DNA of 64,000 bases from Candidatus Omnitrophota bacterium (GTDB lineage Bacteria > Omnitrophota > Gorgyraeia > Zapsychrales > Zapsychraceae). Position 1 is the stretch's first letter, and each line of letters begins with the position of its first letter. Under the pieces are notes generated by a model. The model saw only the letters and a program-made list of their open reading frames with translations. It searched no databases and was not told the origin of the DNA. Position numbers and translations under genes: made by a program. Location of the stretch: assembly GCA_021108075.1 (NCBI GenBank), contig JAIORP010000090.1, forward strand, positions 79,828 through 143,827, read 5' to 3'. This document shows positions 19,035 through 30,041 of the stretch, piece after piece.

Positions 19035-20072
19035 ATGTCTTGGAACTTTCAGCAAATACAAGTGGATGTTCAAAATGATGCCGATAATGTTGCTTCTAGT
19101 CATGAATTAGAGGCCTTTCGAATCAAATATTTAGGGAAAAAGGGACTTATTCCTAAAATTTATGCGTCGATGGGAATTTTGTCGAAAGAGGAAAGACCCC
19201 TCGTCGGCAAAAATGCAAATGATTTGCGGAATCACATCAGTCAAATTCTGGAAGGAAAAAAACAGGAAATAAAACAAAAAGAAAAGCTCAGCACCCGGGA
19301 AGATTTAGATGTGACCATTCCAGGGGCACGTGCAAACCTCGGACATCGGCATATATTGACGCAAACCATTGAATCAATTTGCCAAATATTTGTACAGATG
19401 GGATTTGTCATTCAAGAAGGACCGGAAATTGAGACGGAATTCAACAATTTTGAAGCATTAAATATTCCGATTGATCATCCCTCGCGAGATGCTTTTGACA
19501 CGTTTTATCTTGAAACACCCGACCCCCAGCAAAAAGAGCGCTATTTATTGTTGCGAAGCCAAACATCTCCTGGTCAGATCCGTACTATGCAGCAATATGA
19601 TCCGCCGTTTGCTGTTGTTATTCCTGGAAAAGTCTACCGGCCTGATGCTGTTGACGCAAGCCATTCTTTTATGTTCCATCAAATTGAAGGATTATATGTT
19701 GCCAGAGATGTTAAGATGTCAGATTTAAAGGGATTATTGACCGTGTTCTGTAAGAAATTTTTTGGTAATGATATCAAAATGCGTTTTCGCCCGCATTTTT
19801 TTCCTTTTACCGAACCGTCGGCCGAGGTTGATATTTCTTGCTATATTTGCGGTGGAAAGGGATGTTCGGTCTGTGGTCGCAAGGGCTGGTTAGAAATTAT
19901 GGGGTGTGGCATGGTTCATCCTTGTGTTTTTGAAGCTGTTAATTATCCCAAGGGAAAATATACCGGGCTGGCTTTTGGTTTAGGCGTGGAGCGTATCGCC
20001 ATGCTTAAACATGGTATTCATGATATCCGGATTTTTTATGAGAATGATAATCGGTTTTTAAATCAATTTTAG
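19035..20072 (+). CDS. pheS: Phenylalanyl-tRNA synthetase alpha subunit
   Basis: NFEALN, HPSRD, FHQIEG, FPFTEPS, AFGLGVER. Confidence 0.98.
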   Translation: MSWNFQQIQVDVQNDADNVASSHELEAFRIKYLGKKGLIPKIYASMGILSKEERPLVGKNANDLRNHISQILEGKKQEIKQKEKLSTREDLDVTIPGARANLGHRHILTQTIESICQIFVQMGFVIQEGPEIETEFNNFEALNIPIDHPSRDAFDTFYLETPDPQQKERYLLLRSQTSPGQIRTMQQYDPPFAVVIPGKVYRPDAVDASHSFMFHQIEGLYVARDVKMSDLKGLLTVFCKKFFGNDIKMRFRPHFFPFTEPSAEVDISCYICGGKGCSVCGRKGWLEIMGCGMVHPCVFEAVNYPKGKYTGLAFGLGVERIAMLKHGIHDIRIFYENDNRFLNQF

Positions 20073-20115
20073 CTTTTGGGGAAGACGATTAATATCTTTA
20101 ATGAGGACTGAATAA

Positions 20116-22164
20116 ATGAAAATAAGCATTAAATGGTTAAACGATTATGTTGATGTCAATGTTCCGATAGAGACCTTATCGCAACGGTTGACAATGGCGG
20201 GATTAGAAGTTGAGAAAATAGAAAAGGTTGGAGGAGATACGGTCTTTGAATTGGAGATCACGCCTAATCGCCCTGACTGTTTGAACATGTTGGGTCTTGC
20301 GCGCGAAACAAGTGCGATTTTGAATGTGTCTTTTAATCCGCCTAAAATTAATCCGGTGGCTTATCCTAAGAAAAAATGTGACATTACGATCGACGACAAT
20401 GAGGGCTGTTTAGGCTATATCGGCGCTCTGGTTGAGAATGTGAACATTGGCAAGACGCCCAAAGATATGCTAGCGCGGTTAAACGCGTTAGGATTACGCT
20501 CCATTAACAATATTGTCGATATAACAAATTTTGTTTTGCTGGAAACAGGGCAGCCTCTGCATGCCTTTGATTATGATAAGCTTGCCGGAGGAAAGATTGT
20601 CGTTCGCCGGGCAAGCAAGGGAGAAAAGATCGTCACGATTGATGACGTTGAACGGGAGTTGGATCCTTCGATCCTGGTGATTGCGGATGCCGAAAGGCCC
20701 GTTGCGATTGCTGGGGTCATGGGTGGAAAAGAGACAGAGGTCACGGCGTCAACAAAGAACATCTTACTGGAGAGCGCTTATTTCGATCCCATATTAATCC
20801 GGCGCGCGTCTCGCAAATTGGGATTATCAACGGATTCATCCTATCGATTTGAACGCGGAGTGGATAAAGAAATGGTTGATACGGGGTCTGTGCGGGCTTT
20901 AGGCCTCATCTTAGAGTTAGCTCAAGGCGCTGTGTTAGCGCGCTCGATGACAGGAGCATTAAAGACGAAGAAAAGTTTGAAAAAAATTTTGATCAGTCTT
21001 GATGAAATTAATCATCACATCGGGGCAAAGTTGAATACAGCGAAGTGCCGGACAATATTAAAAAAATTAGGATTTTCTGTCCAGTCTGACGACCGCAACC
21101 ATTTTAAAATTCAGCCGCCGCCTTTTCGGGAAGATATAAAAGGAAAACCTGATATCGTCGAGGAAATCATCCGAATCATCGGATACGACAATTTGCCTTT
21201 AACAGTTCCGTCCATCATTATGTCAAATATTTCTGTGGATCCGCGTAGGGGGAAGCGCGATAAGATAGCGCGTAATCTTTGTTCCCAGGGGTTAAATGAG
21301 GTTATCACGTATACAATGATCAACCAGGCCGAGCTTGATCGGGCCAGGCAGCACCATCTGGCCGGACAAAAAATACAAAATCCATTGACGCAAGATTATG
21401 AAATGATGAGGCCGACATTATTGCCGAGCTTGTTATCGATATTAAGAAACAATATCAATAAAGGCCAAAAGAATGTTCAGTTTTTTGAATTGGGAAAAAT
21501 ATATTTACCAAAGAAAGAACAAGAAACCCTGGGAATTTTACTGTCAGGCATTAAATCCATCGATTGGCGGGACGAAAAGCCACAAGTCATTGATTATTAC
21601 GACTTGAAAGGGATTATTGAGAACATGTTTCTGGATTATCACCTCGATCTTAAAGAGGTATCCTTTGAAATAAGCGACGAAGAATATTTTTGTGTTGGTC
21701 AAAGAGCAAATATTATTTTAAAGAATAAAAGGATAGGGGTTTTAGGTCAAATAGACGAAGATATTTTAACGGATTTCGGTATAAAAAGGACACAGGCTTT
21801 TTTTGCTCAAATTGATTTGGAAACGGTTTATCGGTATAAGACAGAATGCGTGCATTTCATTCCTTTGCCAGAGTATCCGTCGGTACAGCGTGACATCAGC
21901 CTTGCGGTTAAAAAAGACCTGTCCGCAGGAAAGATTATGCGAACATTGCGAGAGTGGGGCAAGACTTTAGACGGCATGGAAATAGTTTCCATGCGTTTTA
22001 TCGAAAAGTATGAAGGTGAGAAAATAGCGAATGATTGTCGCGGGTATGTTTTTTCTTTGCAGTACCAATCAAAAAAACAGACATTGCGCGATGACGACGT
22101 TTCGTGCGCGCATAAAAAACTTTGTGAAAAATTAGTTGAACATTTGAGTGTTATCATTCGATAG
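20116..22164 (+). CDS. pheT: Phenylalanyl-tRNA synthetase beta subunit (B2 domain absent)
   Basis: TPNRPDC, GQPLHAFD, AGVMGG, RFERG, RDISL. Confidence 0.97.
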   Translation: MKISIKWLNDYVDVNVPIETLSQRLTMAGLEVEKIEKVGGDTVFELEITPNRPDCLNMLGLARETSAILNVSFNPPKINPVAYPKKKCDITIDDNEGCLGYIGALVENVNIGKTPKDMLARLNALGLRSINNIVDITNFVLLETGQPLHAFDYDKLAGGKIVVRRASKGEKIVTIDDVERELDPSILVIADAERPVAIAGVMGGKETEVTASTKNILLESAYFDPILIRRASRKLGLSTDSSYRFERGVDKEMVDTGSVRALGLILELAQGAVLARSMTGALKTKKSLKKILISLDEINHHIGAKLNTAKCRTILKKLGFSVQSDDRNHFKIQPPPFREDIKGKPDIVEEIIRIIGYDNLPLTVPSIIMSNISVDPRRGKRDKIARNLCSQGLNEVITYTMINQAELDRARQHHLAGQKIQNPLTQDYEMMRPTLLPSLLSILRNNINKGQKNVQFFELGKIYLPKKEQETLGILLSGIKSIDWRDEKPQVIDYYDLKGIIENMFLDYHLDLKEVSFEISDEEYFCVGQRANIILKNKRIGVLGQIDEDILTDFGIKRTQAFFAQIDLETVYRYKTECVHFIPLPEYPSVQRDISLAVKKDLSAGKIMRTLREWGKTLDGMEIVSMRFIEKYEGEKIANDCRGYVFSLQYQSKKQTLRDDDVSCAHKKLCEKLVEHLSVIIR

Positions 22165-22215
22165 GTTGACCCAATTTTATTGATTTATTAATTTTATATT
22201 AGCTGCTAAAATAAT

Positions 22216-22368
22216 ATTCCCTGCTGTGCGCGTTAGGGTGCATACATATAGAACCAATACTCTATAAAGGGCGCTAAACTTCTCTGGTATCCGTGGATAG
22301 CTGAGAGAGGTGCCCACGTGGTGACAACGGTTCACCATATTGTGTATCCGACGGCATAAGCGGGGAAT
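22216..22368 (+). ncRNA. ssrS: Probable 6S RNA
   Basis: About 150-nt rod whose ends pair (TTCCCTGCTGTGC...GCATAAGCGGGGAA) with a central bulge; pheT-ygfA-rny neighbourhood is typical of ssrS. Confidence 0.75.
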
Positions 22369-22397
22369 TTTTTTATTTAACCATAATATTAAACTGT

Positions 22398-22440
22398 TAC
22401 CAAATCCATTAAATGGGACAATTATTTAATGGATTTGGCA
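22398..22440. mobile_element. Minimal internally deleted MITE-like element (43 bp)
   Basis: TACCAAATCCATTAAAT-GGGACAATT-ATTTAATGGATTTGGCA. Confidence 0.75.
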
Positions 22441-22494
22441 GGAATCGGTCCGTTATGATCGTTGTGTTGATTTTGGATTATAGTCATTTCGCCC

Positions 22495-23862
22495 GTGGAG
22501 AACAAAATGAAATCGCATCATAGAACAAAGATGTCTGACCCGGATGTTTTCTTTGAAGAAGATAAAGATGAATTATTATTAAAGGACGCTCCTCTCAGTG
22601 CCCGTATGCGTCCGAAACATTTAAATGATTATGTCGGTCAGACGCATATTGTCGGCCCGGGAAAATTATTAACAAGGGCCATTGATTCCGACCGTCTGAG
22701 TTCCCTGATTTTGTATGGTCCTCCGGGCGTCGGTAAGACAACGCTTGCCCGCTGTATCTGCAATCAAACAGAAGCCCATTTTGAGAGGATTAACGCCGTT
22801 TCTTCCAATGTCGAGGAAATGCGCAAAATTATAAAAGGGGCTCAGAATCGTCGATTAACGACCGGTCGAAAAACGATTTTATTTATTGATGAAATCCATC
22901 GGTTTAATAAAGCTCAGCAAGATGTTTTGATGCCGGACTTAGAAGAAGGCAATCTTGTGCTTATTGGCGCTACGGTTTTTAATCCATTTTTCGCGTTGAC
23001 CAGCCCGTTGTTATCACGCTCACTTGTTTTTGAACTGCAGTCTTTATCCCTGGATGATATCAAAATTATCTTAGAACGGGCATTAAAAGACGAACAAAAA
23101 GGCTTGGGGTATTTGAACATACGACACGATATGGAAGCGTTGGATTTTTTGGCAGAAGCCAGTGACGGAGATGGCCGGCGCGCTTTAAATGCCTTAGAAA
23201 TCGGTTGCTTGACAACACCGCGCAATGAAAAAGGCGAAATTTGCTTTACGATAAAAGTTGCTCAAGAGTCGATTCAGAAAAAGCAGGTCATTTATGACCA
23301 AAAAGGGACTGCGCATTATGATACAGCCTCGGCGTTTATTAAATCCATGCGCGGATCTGATCCCGATGCCACGTTGTATTGGTTAGCTAAAATGATTTAT
23401 GCCGGAGAGGATCCTCGATTTATTGCTAGGCGGATATGTATTTGTTCCGCAGAGGATGTTGGGAATGCTGCCCCGCAGGCCTTGGTTTTAGCCAATGCCG
23501 CTCTTCAGGTGTCAGAATTTATTGGTTTTCCAGAGGCCCGTATTCCATTAGCCCAGGCCGCTGTTTATATTGCTTGTGCGCCAAAATCGAATGCGGCTTA
23601 TATGGGCATTGAAAAGGCTTTAAGTGATGTGAAAAATCGGCGCATTCAAGAGGTTCCCACTCATTTACGGGATCCGCATTCTGTTGCGAAAAAAACAGGC
23701 CAGGCCGCGAACTACAAATATGCTCACGATTTTAAAAAACATTATGTTGAGCAAGATTATATGCCTATGGATGTGCACTATTACCATCCCACGGAGATGG
23801 GATATGAAAAAAAAATAAAGATTTGGCTAGAAGATCTGAAAAAAAGAGAAAAAAGTGGCTAG
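22495..23862 (+). CDS. rarA: Replication-associated recombination protein A
   Basis: PLSARMRP, GPPGVGKTT, DEIHRFNKAQQD, SAFIKSMRGSDPDA; exact start uncertain. Confidence 0.96.
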   Translation: MENKMKSHHRTKMSDPDVFFEEDKDELLLKDAPLSARMRPKHLNDYVGQTHIVGPGKLLTRAIDSDRLSSLILYGPPGVGKTTLARCICNQTEAHFERINAVSSNVEEMRKIIKGAQNRRLTTGRKTILFIDEIHRFNKAQQDVLMPDLEEGNLVLIGATVFNPFFALTSPLLSRSLVFELQSLSLDDIKIILERALKDEQKGLGYLNIRHDMEALDFLAEASDGDGRRALNALEIGCLTTPRNEKGEICFTIKVAQESIQKKQVIYDQKGTAHYDTASAFIKSMRGSDPDATLYWLAKMIYAGEDPRFIARRICICSAEDVGNAAPQALVLANAALQVSEFIGFPEARIPLAQAAVYIACAPKSNAAYMGIEKALSDVKNRRIQEVPTHLRDPHSVAKKTGQAANYKYAHDFKKHYVEQDYMPMDVHYYHPTEMGYEKKIKIWLEDLKKREKSG

Positions 23863-23986
23863 ATGGGGTAATCCGGGCATCAATGAATATTTATAACTTA
23901 TTAATAAAAATAGAGTTGTATCTTTTTATTAATAATGTTAAAATAATCAATTAAAATATTAATATACTATAATATAAAATACGTCT

Positions 23987-24547
23987 GTGAATGCTGCTAC
24001 AAATAAAAAACAATTAAGAGAAAGGATATTGCGGCTTTTAAGGGAGCAACATAGCGATCACCAATTCGCTAAGAATTTACATATTTGTCATAAATTTTTC
24101 ATTTTAAAGGAAATACAAGAAGCAAGAACAATTATGTTTTATGCCTCTTTTGATGGAGAAGTCGATACGTTTGAAATGATGAAACAAGCCATACAATTAG
24201 GAAAAAAGATTGCCCTACCCAGAATAGTTCGGGACAGGAATTTGATGGTCCCAGCTTTAGTTCCGTTATTAAACAAATTAGAAAATGGTCCGTTTGGAAT
24301 TAAACAACCACATCGAGATGATCCTTCCATTGCGTTAGATGGTTTGGATGCTGTTGTTGTTCCGGGTGTTGTTTTTGATCGCCACAATAACCGTCTCGGA
24401 CGGGGTGGTGGTTATTATGATCGTTTTATGCAATCCTTACCCTCTTGTATTCCCACAATAGGCTTAGCTTTTGATTTTCAAATCGTTGATCAGATCCCTT
24501 CGTTAGAGGCCCACGATATTCCCGTGTCCGTTGTTCTTGCAAATTAA
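23987..24547 (+). CDS. ygfA: 5-formyltetrahydrofolate cyclo-ligase
   Basis: VVPGVVFD..NRLGRGGGYYDR, HDIPV. Confidence 0.95.
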   Translation: MNAATNKKQLRERILRLLREQHSDHQFAKNLHICHKFFILKEIQEARTIMFYASFDGEVDTFEMMKQAIQLGKKIALPRIVRDRNLMVPALVPLLNKLENGPFGIKQPHRDDPSIALDGLDAVVVPGVVFDRHNNRLGRGGGYYDRFMQSLPSCIPTIGLAFDFQIVDQIPSLEAHDIPVSVVLAN

Positions 24548-24772
24548 TTTAAAGATTTTTTATCTGAAAGTTAGACATGTTTATTAATTAGGAGGCCAAC
24601 GACAGTTGCGAACTGTTTGTTGGAAGCCTTAGGGTACCTGTAAATGCTTTTTGGGGCGGATAAGTCGGTTTCGAATCATTATTAACAAAATAGCAACTAG
24701 CTCGGTCTTTACTGTCGGAACTGGAAAGGTAAAGACATTCGATAGGTTCATTTAAAGAGAGGAGCATATTAT

Positions 24773-26350
24773 ATGTTGGAAGAAATGGGAATATATAAAC
24801 AAAGTGTCGCTTTGTCTATTTTTGCAATGGTTATCTTTTTTGCCGGGTATCTTTTGAGATATGTGTTTGCCAATAGAAAATTAAGAGAGGCGGAACAAAA
24901 ATCCAAGGATTTGATCGAGAACGCCAAAAAAGAGGCGGAGAATCGCAAGAAAGAAGTTGAATTGCATGGCAAAGATTTAATAATTAAGCTTCGACAGGAC
25001 TTTGAGAAGGAAACAAAGGATCGTAGAGAAGAAATTACTCAAACGGAAAAAAGAATTCTTCAAAAGGAAGAAAACCTGGATAAAAGGGTCGATCTTTTGG
25101 AGCGGAAAGAAAGAGATATCAATAATCGTTTAGGCTTGTTGCAGGAAAATGAGAAAAAGACAAAGTCTCTAAATGAGCAATATGAAAATTTAATTAAAGA
25201 AGAAAAAGAGCGTTTACAGAAGATTTCTTCGATGACGGAAGAAGAAGCCAAGAATTTGCTTTTAAAACGTCTGGATGAAGAAATTTTACATGAAAAAGCA
25301 ACACGTATACGAAAAATGGAAGATGAGATCCGGGATAATGCTGACAAAAAAGCCCGCTATATTATCAGCAGCGCGATCCAACGATGTGCGTCAGAGCATA
25401 CCGCGGCATCAACGGTTTCTGTCGTCATGCTCCCCAGCGATGAAATGAAGGGACGCATTATTGGACGTGAAGGCCGCAACATCCGCGCCCTTGAAGCAGC
25501 AGCAGGCGTCGATATTATCATTGATGATACTCCGGAAGCGGTAACAATATCTGGATTTGATATGTATCGCAGGGAAATCGCTAAGATAGCCTTAGAGACC
25601 CTGATCGCAGATGGACGCATCCACCCAGGCCGCATTGAAGAAGTCGTCGAGAAGGCTAAAAAAGAGATGGATAATATCATCAAAGAAGAAGGTGAGAAAG
25701 TTGCTTTTGATTTGGGTATCCATGAGATGCATTCCGAGTTGCTTAAATTGGTCGGAAAATTAAAGTTTAGAACAAGCTATGGTCAAAATGCTTTGCAACA
25801 CACAAAAGAAGTCGCAATGTTAATGGGTTCAATGGGATCGACGATTGGACTCAATCCCAAAATTGCCATGCGAGCTGGACTTTTGCATGATATCGGAAAG
25901 GTTGTGAGCCAAGACGTGGAAGAAGGGACACATGCGATTGTCGGCGGTAACTTGGCGCGTAAATATGGAGAACTGGAAGAAATCGCTAATGCGATTGAAT
26001 CGCATCATGAGGAAGTGGAAATGCAGACCGTCTATGGAACTCTCGTGTGCGCGGCGGATGCTATCAGTGCGGCCAGACCCGGAGCCCGGGCGGAAACATT
26101 AGAAACATATGTCAAGCGATTGGAAAGCCTGGAAAAGATAGCTAATTCTTTCAAGGGTATTAATAAATCATATGCCTTGCAAGCAGGGCGGGAAATTCGG
26201 ATTATTGTTGATCCAGAAAAAATTAATGATGATGAAGCCATTGTTATGGCGCGTGATATTCGTAAAAAGATTGAGGAAGAAATGGAGTATCCAGGACAAG
26301 TGAAGGTTATTGTCATTCGGGAAAAACGCGCTGTTGAATATGCTAAATAA
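24773..26350 (+). CDS. rny: Ribonuclease Y
   Basis: N-terminal TM and coiled coil, [15 protein letters not shown] domain, LLHDIGK HD domain. Confidence 0.97.
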   Translation: MLEEMGIYKQSVALSIFAMVIFFAGYLLRYVFANRKLREAEQKSKDLIENAKKEAENRKKEVELHGKDLIIKLRQDFEKETKDRREEITQTEKRILQKEENLDKRVDLLERKERDINNRLGLLQENEKKTKSLNEQYENLIKEEKERLQKISSMTEEEAKNLLLKRLDEEILHEKATRIRKMEDEIRDNADKKARYIISSAIQRCASEHTAASTVSVVMLPSDEMKGRIIGREGRNIRALEAAAGVDIIIDDTPEAVTISGFDMYRREIAKIALETLIADGRIHPGRIEEVVEKAKKEMDNIIKEEGEKVAFDLGIHEMHSELLKLVGKLKFRTSYGQNALQHTKEVAMLMGSMGSTIGLNPKIAMRAGLLHDIGKVVSQDVEEGTHAIVGGNLARKYGELEEIANAIESHHEEVEMQTVYGTLVCAADAISAARPGARAETLETYVKRLESLEKIANSFKGINKSYALQAGREIRIIVDPEKINDDEAIVMARDIRKKIEEEMEYPGQVKVIVIREKRAVEYAK

Positions 26351-26388
26351 TTTTTCAGGGTTAATATGGGACGAGCAGTCAAATAAAT

Positions 26389-27207
26389 ATGAAAATTCTA
26401 TGTATCGGCGATATTGTTGGAAAACCGGGGCGGCTGGCATTGAATGCCCTGTTAGAAAAATTGATTGAACAACATCAAATTGACTTTGTTATTGCTAATG
26501 GTGAAAATACTGCCGGTGGTTCCGGCATCACTGCGCGTCTTGCGAAATACCTTTTTCGATGTGGATGTGATGTCATTACCCTGGGGGATCACGTTTGGGA
26601 CCAAAAAGAAATAGAAGTGCATTTAGATCAAATTCCCGCTTTATTACGGCCGGCGAACCTTCCTCCCAATAATCCCGGAAACGGATGGTGTATCGTTGCG
26701 GCTAAGAATGGAACAAAAGTTGCGGTTATCAACTTGCTTGGCCGAGTTTTTATGCGTTATCATGTTCCCTGCCCCTTCTATAAGCTTGATGAAATTTTAG
26801 AAAAGATTAAAGATCAGGCGGATATCATTATTGTTGATTTTCACGCTGAAACAACAAGTGAAAAGGTTGCCTTAGGGCATTATGCTGATGGGCGTGTTTC
26901 AGCTGTTGTGGGCACACACACGCATATTCAGACAGCGGATCATCATGTTTTAGCGAAGGGGACCGCGTATATCACCGATTTAGGAATGACAGGCCCTCAC
27001 GACTCCGTTATAGGGCAGAATAAAAAAAATATTATTGAACGATTTAAGACCTGCCACCCCGTTCGTTTTTGTGTCGCTCAGGAGGACATTAACATCTCTG
27101 GTGCGCTGATTCAGGTTGATGAATCAACTGGCAAGGCAGATAACATAGAATTATTTAAGCAGCACTATATGCCGGATCGTTCAGAAAAAGAAGCTGCGCA
27201 TGAATAA
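26389..27207 (+). CDS. ymdB: YmdB-like metallophosphoesterase
   Basis: GDIVG, NGEN, DFHAE, GTHTH, DLGMTG; follows rny. Confidence 0.93.
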   Translation: MKILCIGDIVGKPGRLALNALLEKLIEQHQIDFVIANGENTAGGSGITARLAKYLFRCGCDVITLGDHVWDQKEIEVHLDQIPALLRPANLPPNNPGNGWCIVAAKNGTKVAVINLLGRVFMRYHVPCPFYKLDEILEKIKDQADIIIVDFHAETTSEKVALGHYADGRVSAVVGTHTHIQTADHHVLAKGTAYITDLGMTGPHDSVIGQNKKNIIERFKTCHPVRFCVAQEDINISGALIQVDESTGKADNIELFKQHYMPDRSEKEAAHE

Positions 27208-27330
27208 ACGATATTTAACTTGTTATAGGCTTTATTCTATATTATAATTTTTTTGATTTATTGTATGTTTTGGTTTGAATAATAGTCGTCATTATATAGA
27301 AATATTACCAGTTATGAAGGAGGATTCGCT

Positions 27331-27720
27331 ATGTCTAGCTGGGAAGGCTGTGATAGAAGAAGATTTGTCCGGGTTAATTATCCCTGCCTCGTTGTTTTAA
27401 AGAAGGCGGCTGACAAAAAAAATATTATTTTAACGCATACTGAGAATATTGGCGTTGGTGGAATTTGTGTGATCTTAAAACAGGATCTAAAAAAATTCGC
27501 GTCAGTTGACCTCGAAATTGATTTAATGGACATGGACCAGCATATTCAGTGCACAGGCAAGATTGTCTGGAATGTCAGGCGCCGGGAGTTAGAAGACAAG
27601 AAACCATCCTATTTTGATATTGGTATTGAATTTGATGATGTTAATGATCAGGACAAAAAACGATTACGACGAGTTGTTGATAAGCTTGTCCGAAACACAA
27701 AAGAACGCCCCAAGTTATAA
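27331..27720 (+). CDS. Single-domain PilZ (c-di-GMP binding) protein
   Basis: RRRFVR (RxxxR) and ENIGVGG motifs, GKIVW, GIEF. Confidence 0.85.
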   Translation: MSSWEGCDRRRFVRVNYPCLVVLKKAADKKNIILTHTENIGVGGICVILKQDLKKFASVDLEIDLMDMDQHIQCTGKIVWNVRRRELEDKKPSYFDIGIEFDDVNDQDKKRLRRVVDKLVRNTKERPKL

Positions 27721-27759
27721 CCCCCTCAATTTTTTTTATAATCATTATAAGGATACAAT

Positions 27760-29094
27760 ATGGTAAAAGTACGTTTTGCTCCCAGTCCTACCGGTTTTTT
27801 GCATGTCGGCGGTGCTCGTACAGCTTTGTTCAACTGGATGTATGCTAAGGCTCAAAAAGGAAAGTTTCTGTTAAGAATTGAAGATACCGACCAACAGAGA
27901 TCTAAACAGGAATATGTCGATGAAATTCTAGACAGTATGACCTGGTTGGGGTTGGATTGGGATGAGTTGATTTATCAGAGTCAACGTTTTGATATCTACA
28001 AGGAGCACGCTTTAAAGCTTGTCTCTGAGGGGAAGGCTTATCAAGACGGTGATGCGATTTTATTGAAAATGCCAAAGCAGGAGGTTAAATTTTGGGATCT
28101 TATCCGAGGAGAAATTGTTTTTGATACCGCAAGCTTTGTGGTTTGGGATGAAGAATCCGGGAGCAAAACAAATGAAACAGGTGAGGCGCAATTAAAAGAC
28201 GAGGTTTTATTAAAATCCGACGGGTCCCCGGCATACAACTTTTGTTGTGTGGTCGACGACGTTTTAATGGAAATAACGCATGTTGTCCGTGGTGAAGACC
28301 ATATTTCAAACACACCCCGCCAGTTGATTGTCTATCAATCTTTAGGTTTTAAGCCGCCGAAGTTTGCCCATTTGCCGCTGATTACGGGTGCTGATGGAAA
28401 ACGGTTGTCCAAGAGAACGGGTGCCGTCGCTGTCAGCGCGTACCGGAAAATGGGATTTTTGCCGGAAGCGACGATGAATTTTTTAATGTTATTGGGCTGG
28501 TCGCCAGGGAATAATCAGGAAATGATGAGCATGAAAAATGCAGTTCAAAAGTTTTCTGTAAAGAAAATTAACAAAACAGCCGCTGTTTTTGATATGGATA
28601 AATTTAGATGGCTGAATGGGCAATACATTAAACAGGCCGACCCGCAATATATAACATCTGCCCTGATCCCGCTGCTAAAAGAACATCAGCTTGTTACGGA
28701 TGATGTGGACCCGGGCTTTATTAAAGAAGCTGTCACGCTATATCAAAGTCGTTTACCGACGCTCATGGATTTTTTGGATCGAGCGCGCTATTTGTTTTTA
28801 GAAAAGGTTGAGATTGAACAGGAAGCCAAAGAAACAATTTTAGCAAAAGATCGGACAATGGAATTCCAACTTCTTGCCGACCGTTTGCACGCATTGGATG
28901 CCTATGATAAAGATTCCGCTGAAAAATCCTTTCGTGCCGTGGTTGATGAATTAGGCCTGAAGGCGTCTGACCTGGTTCATCCTGTTCGCGTTGCTTTAAC
29001 CGGCAGTGCGGTTGGGCCGGGGTTATTTGAAACGATGGCTTTGCTCGGAAAGAGTAAAACCGTTTACCGCCTGAAAAATTTTACGAACGAATAA
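27760..29094 (+). CDS. gltX: Glutamyl-tRNA synthetase
   Basis: RFAPSPTG.LHVGG, LRIEDTD, RGEDH, RLSKR, GPGLFE. Confidence 0.96.
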   Translation: MVKVRFAPSPTGFLHVGGARTALFNWMYAKAQKGKFLLRIEDTDQQRSKQEYVDEILDSMTWLGLDWDELIYQSQRFDIYKEHALKLVSEGKAYQDGDAILLKMPKQEVKFWDLIRGEIVFDTASFVVWDEESGSKTNETGEAQLKDEVLLKSDGSPAYNFCCVVDDVLMEITHVVRGEDHISNTPRQLIVYQSLGFKPPKFAHLPLITGADGKRLSKRTGAVAVSAYRKMGFLPEATMNFLMLLGWSPGNNQEMMSMKNAVQKFSVKKINKTAAVFDMDKFRWLNGQYIKQADPQYITSALIPLLKEHQLVTDDVDPGFIKEAVTLYQSRLPTLMDFLDRARYLFLEKVEIEQEAKETILAKDRTMEFQLLADRLHALDAYDKDSAEKSFRAVVDELGLKASDLVHPVRVALTGSAVGPGLFETMALLGKSKTVYRLKNFTNE

Positions 29095-29126
29095 ATGAGG
29101 GCCTTTGTCCTTATACGGATTTTTTT

Positions 29127-29198
29127 TGCCCTGTGGTGTAATTGGCAACACATGAGATTCTGGTTCTTAGATTCCAGGTTCGAGTCCTGGCGGGGCAG
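29127..29198 (+). tRNA. tRNA-Gln(CTG)
   Basis: TGCCCTG/CGGGGCA stem, TT-CTG-GT loop, GGTTCGAGTCC. Confidence 0.92.
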
Positions 29199-29288
29199 TT
29201 TTTATAAGAAAGATAACGGGATCCGTCAATTTTTTATTTCAGGCCCCGACGAGAGATAAGCATGGAATAAAATGTGAAAGGATCGAAC

Positions 29289-29831
29289 ATGCAATGTCCT
29301 GTCTGTCAAAAAAATGTTTTAAAGAATCAAGAACTGGATAAAGGCTTGATGGCTAAGCATTGCCCTCAATGCGAAGGGAGCTGGCTGTCGTCTTTTCAAT
29401 ATTGGCGATGGCTGGAAAAACACGCTGAACGCCTCCCTGAAAAAGACGTGGATGAAGGGCTTATGGTTCCTGTCGAAGAGTCAACGGCGGGTAAACTCTG
29501 TCCGGAATGCGGATGTTTTTTAATTGGGCATAAAGTCGGACATGGCATTGTTTTTCAATTGGACCACTGCGCGACCTGCGGGGGAATATGGTTTGATAAA
29601 AATGAATGGGAGATTTTAAGAAGCCGTAACCTTCACGATGAACTCCATCTTGTGTTTAGCGCCGCATGGCAAAATGCACGAAAAAAGCAAGAACAAAAAG
29701 AGACGTATGAAAAACGGATCCAGTCCATACTTGGTGAACCGGATTATCAGCATGTCGTTGAATTTCATTCTTGGCTAAAGAACCATCCGCATAAAAGCTC
29801 CATCATGAGTTATTTAAAAGAAGTATGGTAG
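29289..29831 (+). CDS. Double zinc-ribbon (zf-TFIIB-like) protein
   Basis: Two CPxC...HCxxCxGxW repeats. Confidence 0.75.
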   Translation: MQCPVCQKNVLKNQELDKGLMAKHCPQCEGSWLSSFQYWRWLEKHAERLPEKDVDEGLMVPVEESTAGKLCPECGCFLIGHKVGHGIVFQLDHCATCGGIWFDKNEWEILRSRNLHDELHLVFSAAWQNARKKQEQKETYEKRIQSILGEPDYQHVVEFHSWLKNHPHKSSIMSYLKEVW

Positions 29832-30041
29832 GACCACGGGAAGCAATGTCAGCATTTTTTTATCAGTTACGGATATTTAGGCATTCTTCTGCTTCGATAT
29901 GTCCGTTTATGCCCGGTCGCCTGGGATTATTCAAAAACCATGCTGACCTCGAATTTTGAAGGAATATGGATCATGGGATTTTAAATAGCCTTAAATCAGA
30001 AATATTTGGATGAGAACAGGATATTGATTGAGGAGGGCATT

